A DNA stretch of 64,000 nucleotides, taken from positions 1-64,000 of the forward strand of contig NW_021833748.1 of the NCBI RefSeq assembly GCF_006345805.1. The letters run 5' to 3'. A program made the position numbers and the translations under genes. A model generated the notes under the pieces. That model worked only from the letters and a program-made list of their open reading frames with translations, did no database searches and was not told the DNA's origin. Shown here piece by piece: positions 63,501 through 64,000 of this stretch. Each line of letters opens with the position of its first letter. The stretch's first letter is position 1. The stretch is from Octopus sinensis (lineage: Eukaryota).

Positions 63501-63851
63501 TGTATGAGCGTATCTGTGTGTGCGTGTGTGTACATACAATATATACCCATACCATACACACATGTAGACGAATATAAACACGTATATAACCATGTCATTT
63601 CCTTTACAGGGTTTTCACACGCACTTAACATATTCACGTACATTCGTACAAGTATATACAGAAATCATTCTCAAACGGTAGTGTGTGAATAATATTCTTC
63701 AGGTCAACTTTTACTCACTCGCGGCCAATTTGACGCTTTGCCACTAATTCAGGTTTAGTTCAATCTTAATTCGGTTCTTTGCATTATGACCAACCAGTAG
63801 CAAGCTACTTTCTAACATAAGATAATCGAAATTTGGTTCAGTAGGAAAAAA

Positions 63852-63968
63852 GGAGTGGCTGTGTGGTAAAGTAGCTTGCTAACCAACCACATGTTTCCGG
63901 GTTCAGCCCCACTGCGTGGCATCTTGTGAGTGGATTTGGTAGATGGAAACTGAAAGAAGCCCATCGTA

Positions 63969-63999
<31 letters not shown>

Positions 64000-64000
64000 G
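63852..64000 (+). mobile_element. SINE B 5' part with an internal deletion, running off the window end
   Basis: Head matches family B; core segment GGCAAG...GCCT is missing. Confidence 0.85.

Overview
AT-rich eukaryotic (animal) DNA, most likely a coleoid cephalopod (Octopus-like). That assignment rests on recognising the tRNA-derived SINE families and the huge (TA)n/(CA)n/(TACA)n/(CAT)n tracts and was not confirmed by a search. No host protein-coding gene can be supported, and most ORFs in the supplied track are microsatellite or repeat artefacts. The window is a nested collection of mobile elements: three abundant tRNA-headed SINE families (called A, B, C here), remnants of CR1-, RTE- and I-group LINEs, an ORF1-only zinc-knuckle retroelement, a Tc1 transposase remnant, a non-autonomous Helitron and a fold-back MITE. 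It also holds about a dozen head-to-tail arrays of element sub-segments and a 3.44-kb tandem duplication. The main result is a set of minimal type I hammerhead ribozyme motifs. The best is in a 353-bp tandem repeat (41131-41649, minus strand): intact CUGAUGA/GAAA core, GUC cleavage triplet, palindromic stem III, and an array boundary at the predicted cleavage site, which is the architecture of a non-LTR retrozyme. A second locus of that family (17729-19360) carries a decayed ribozyme, ribozyme-deleted 207-bp units and an inverted end. Other hammerhead-like motifs sit in (TA)n-embedded, Penelope-like elements (35606-35815, 57900-58390). Two SINE/LINE 3'-tail partnerships are also visible. Coordinates were read by eye and may be off by a few bases.
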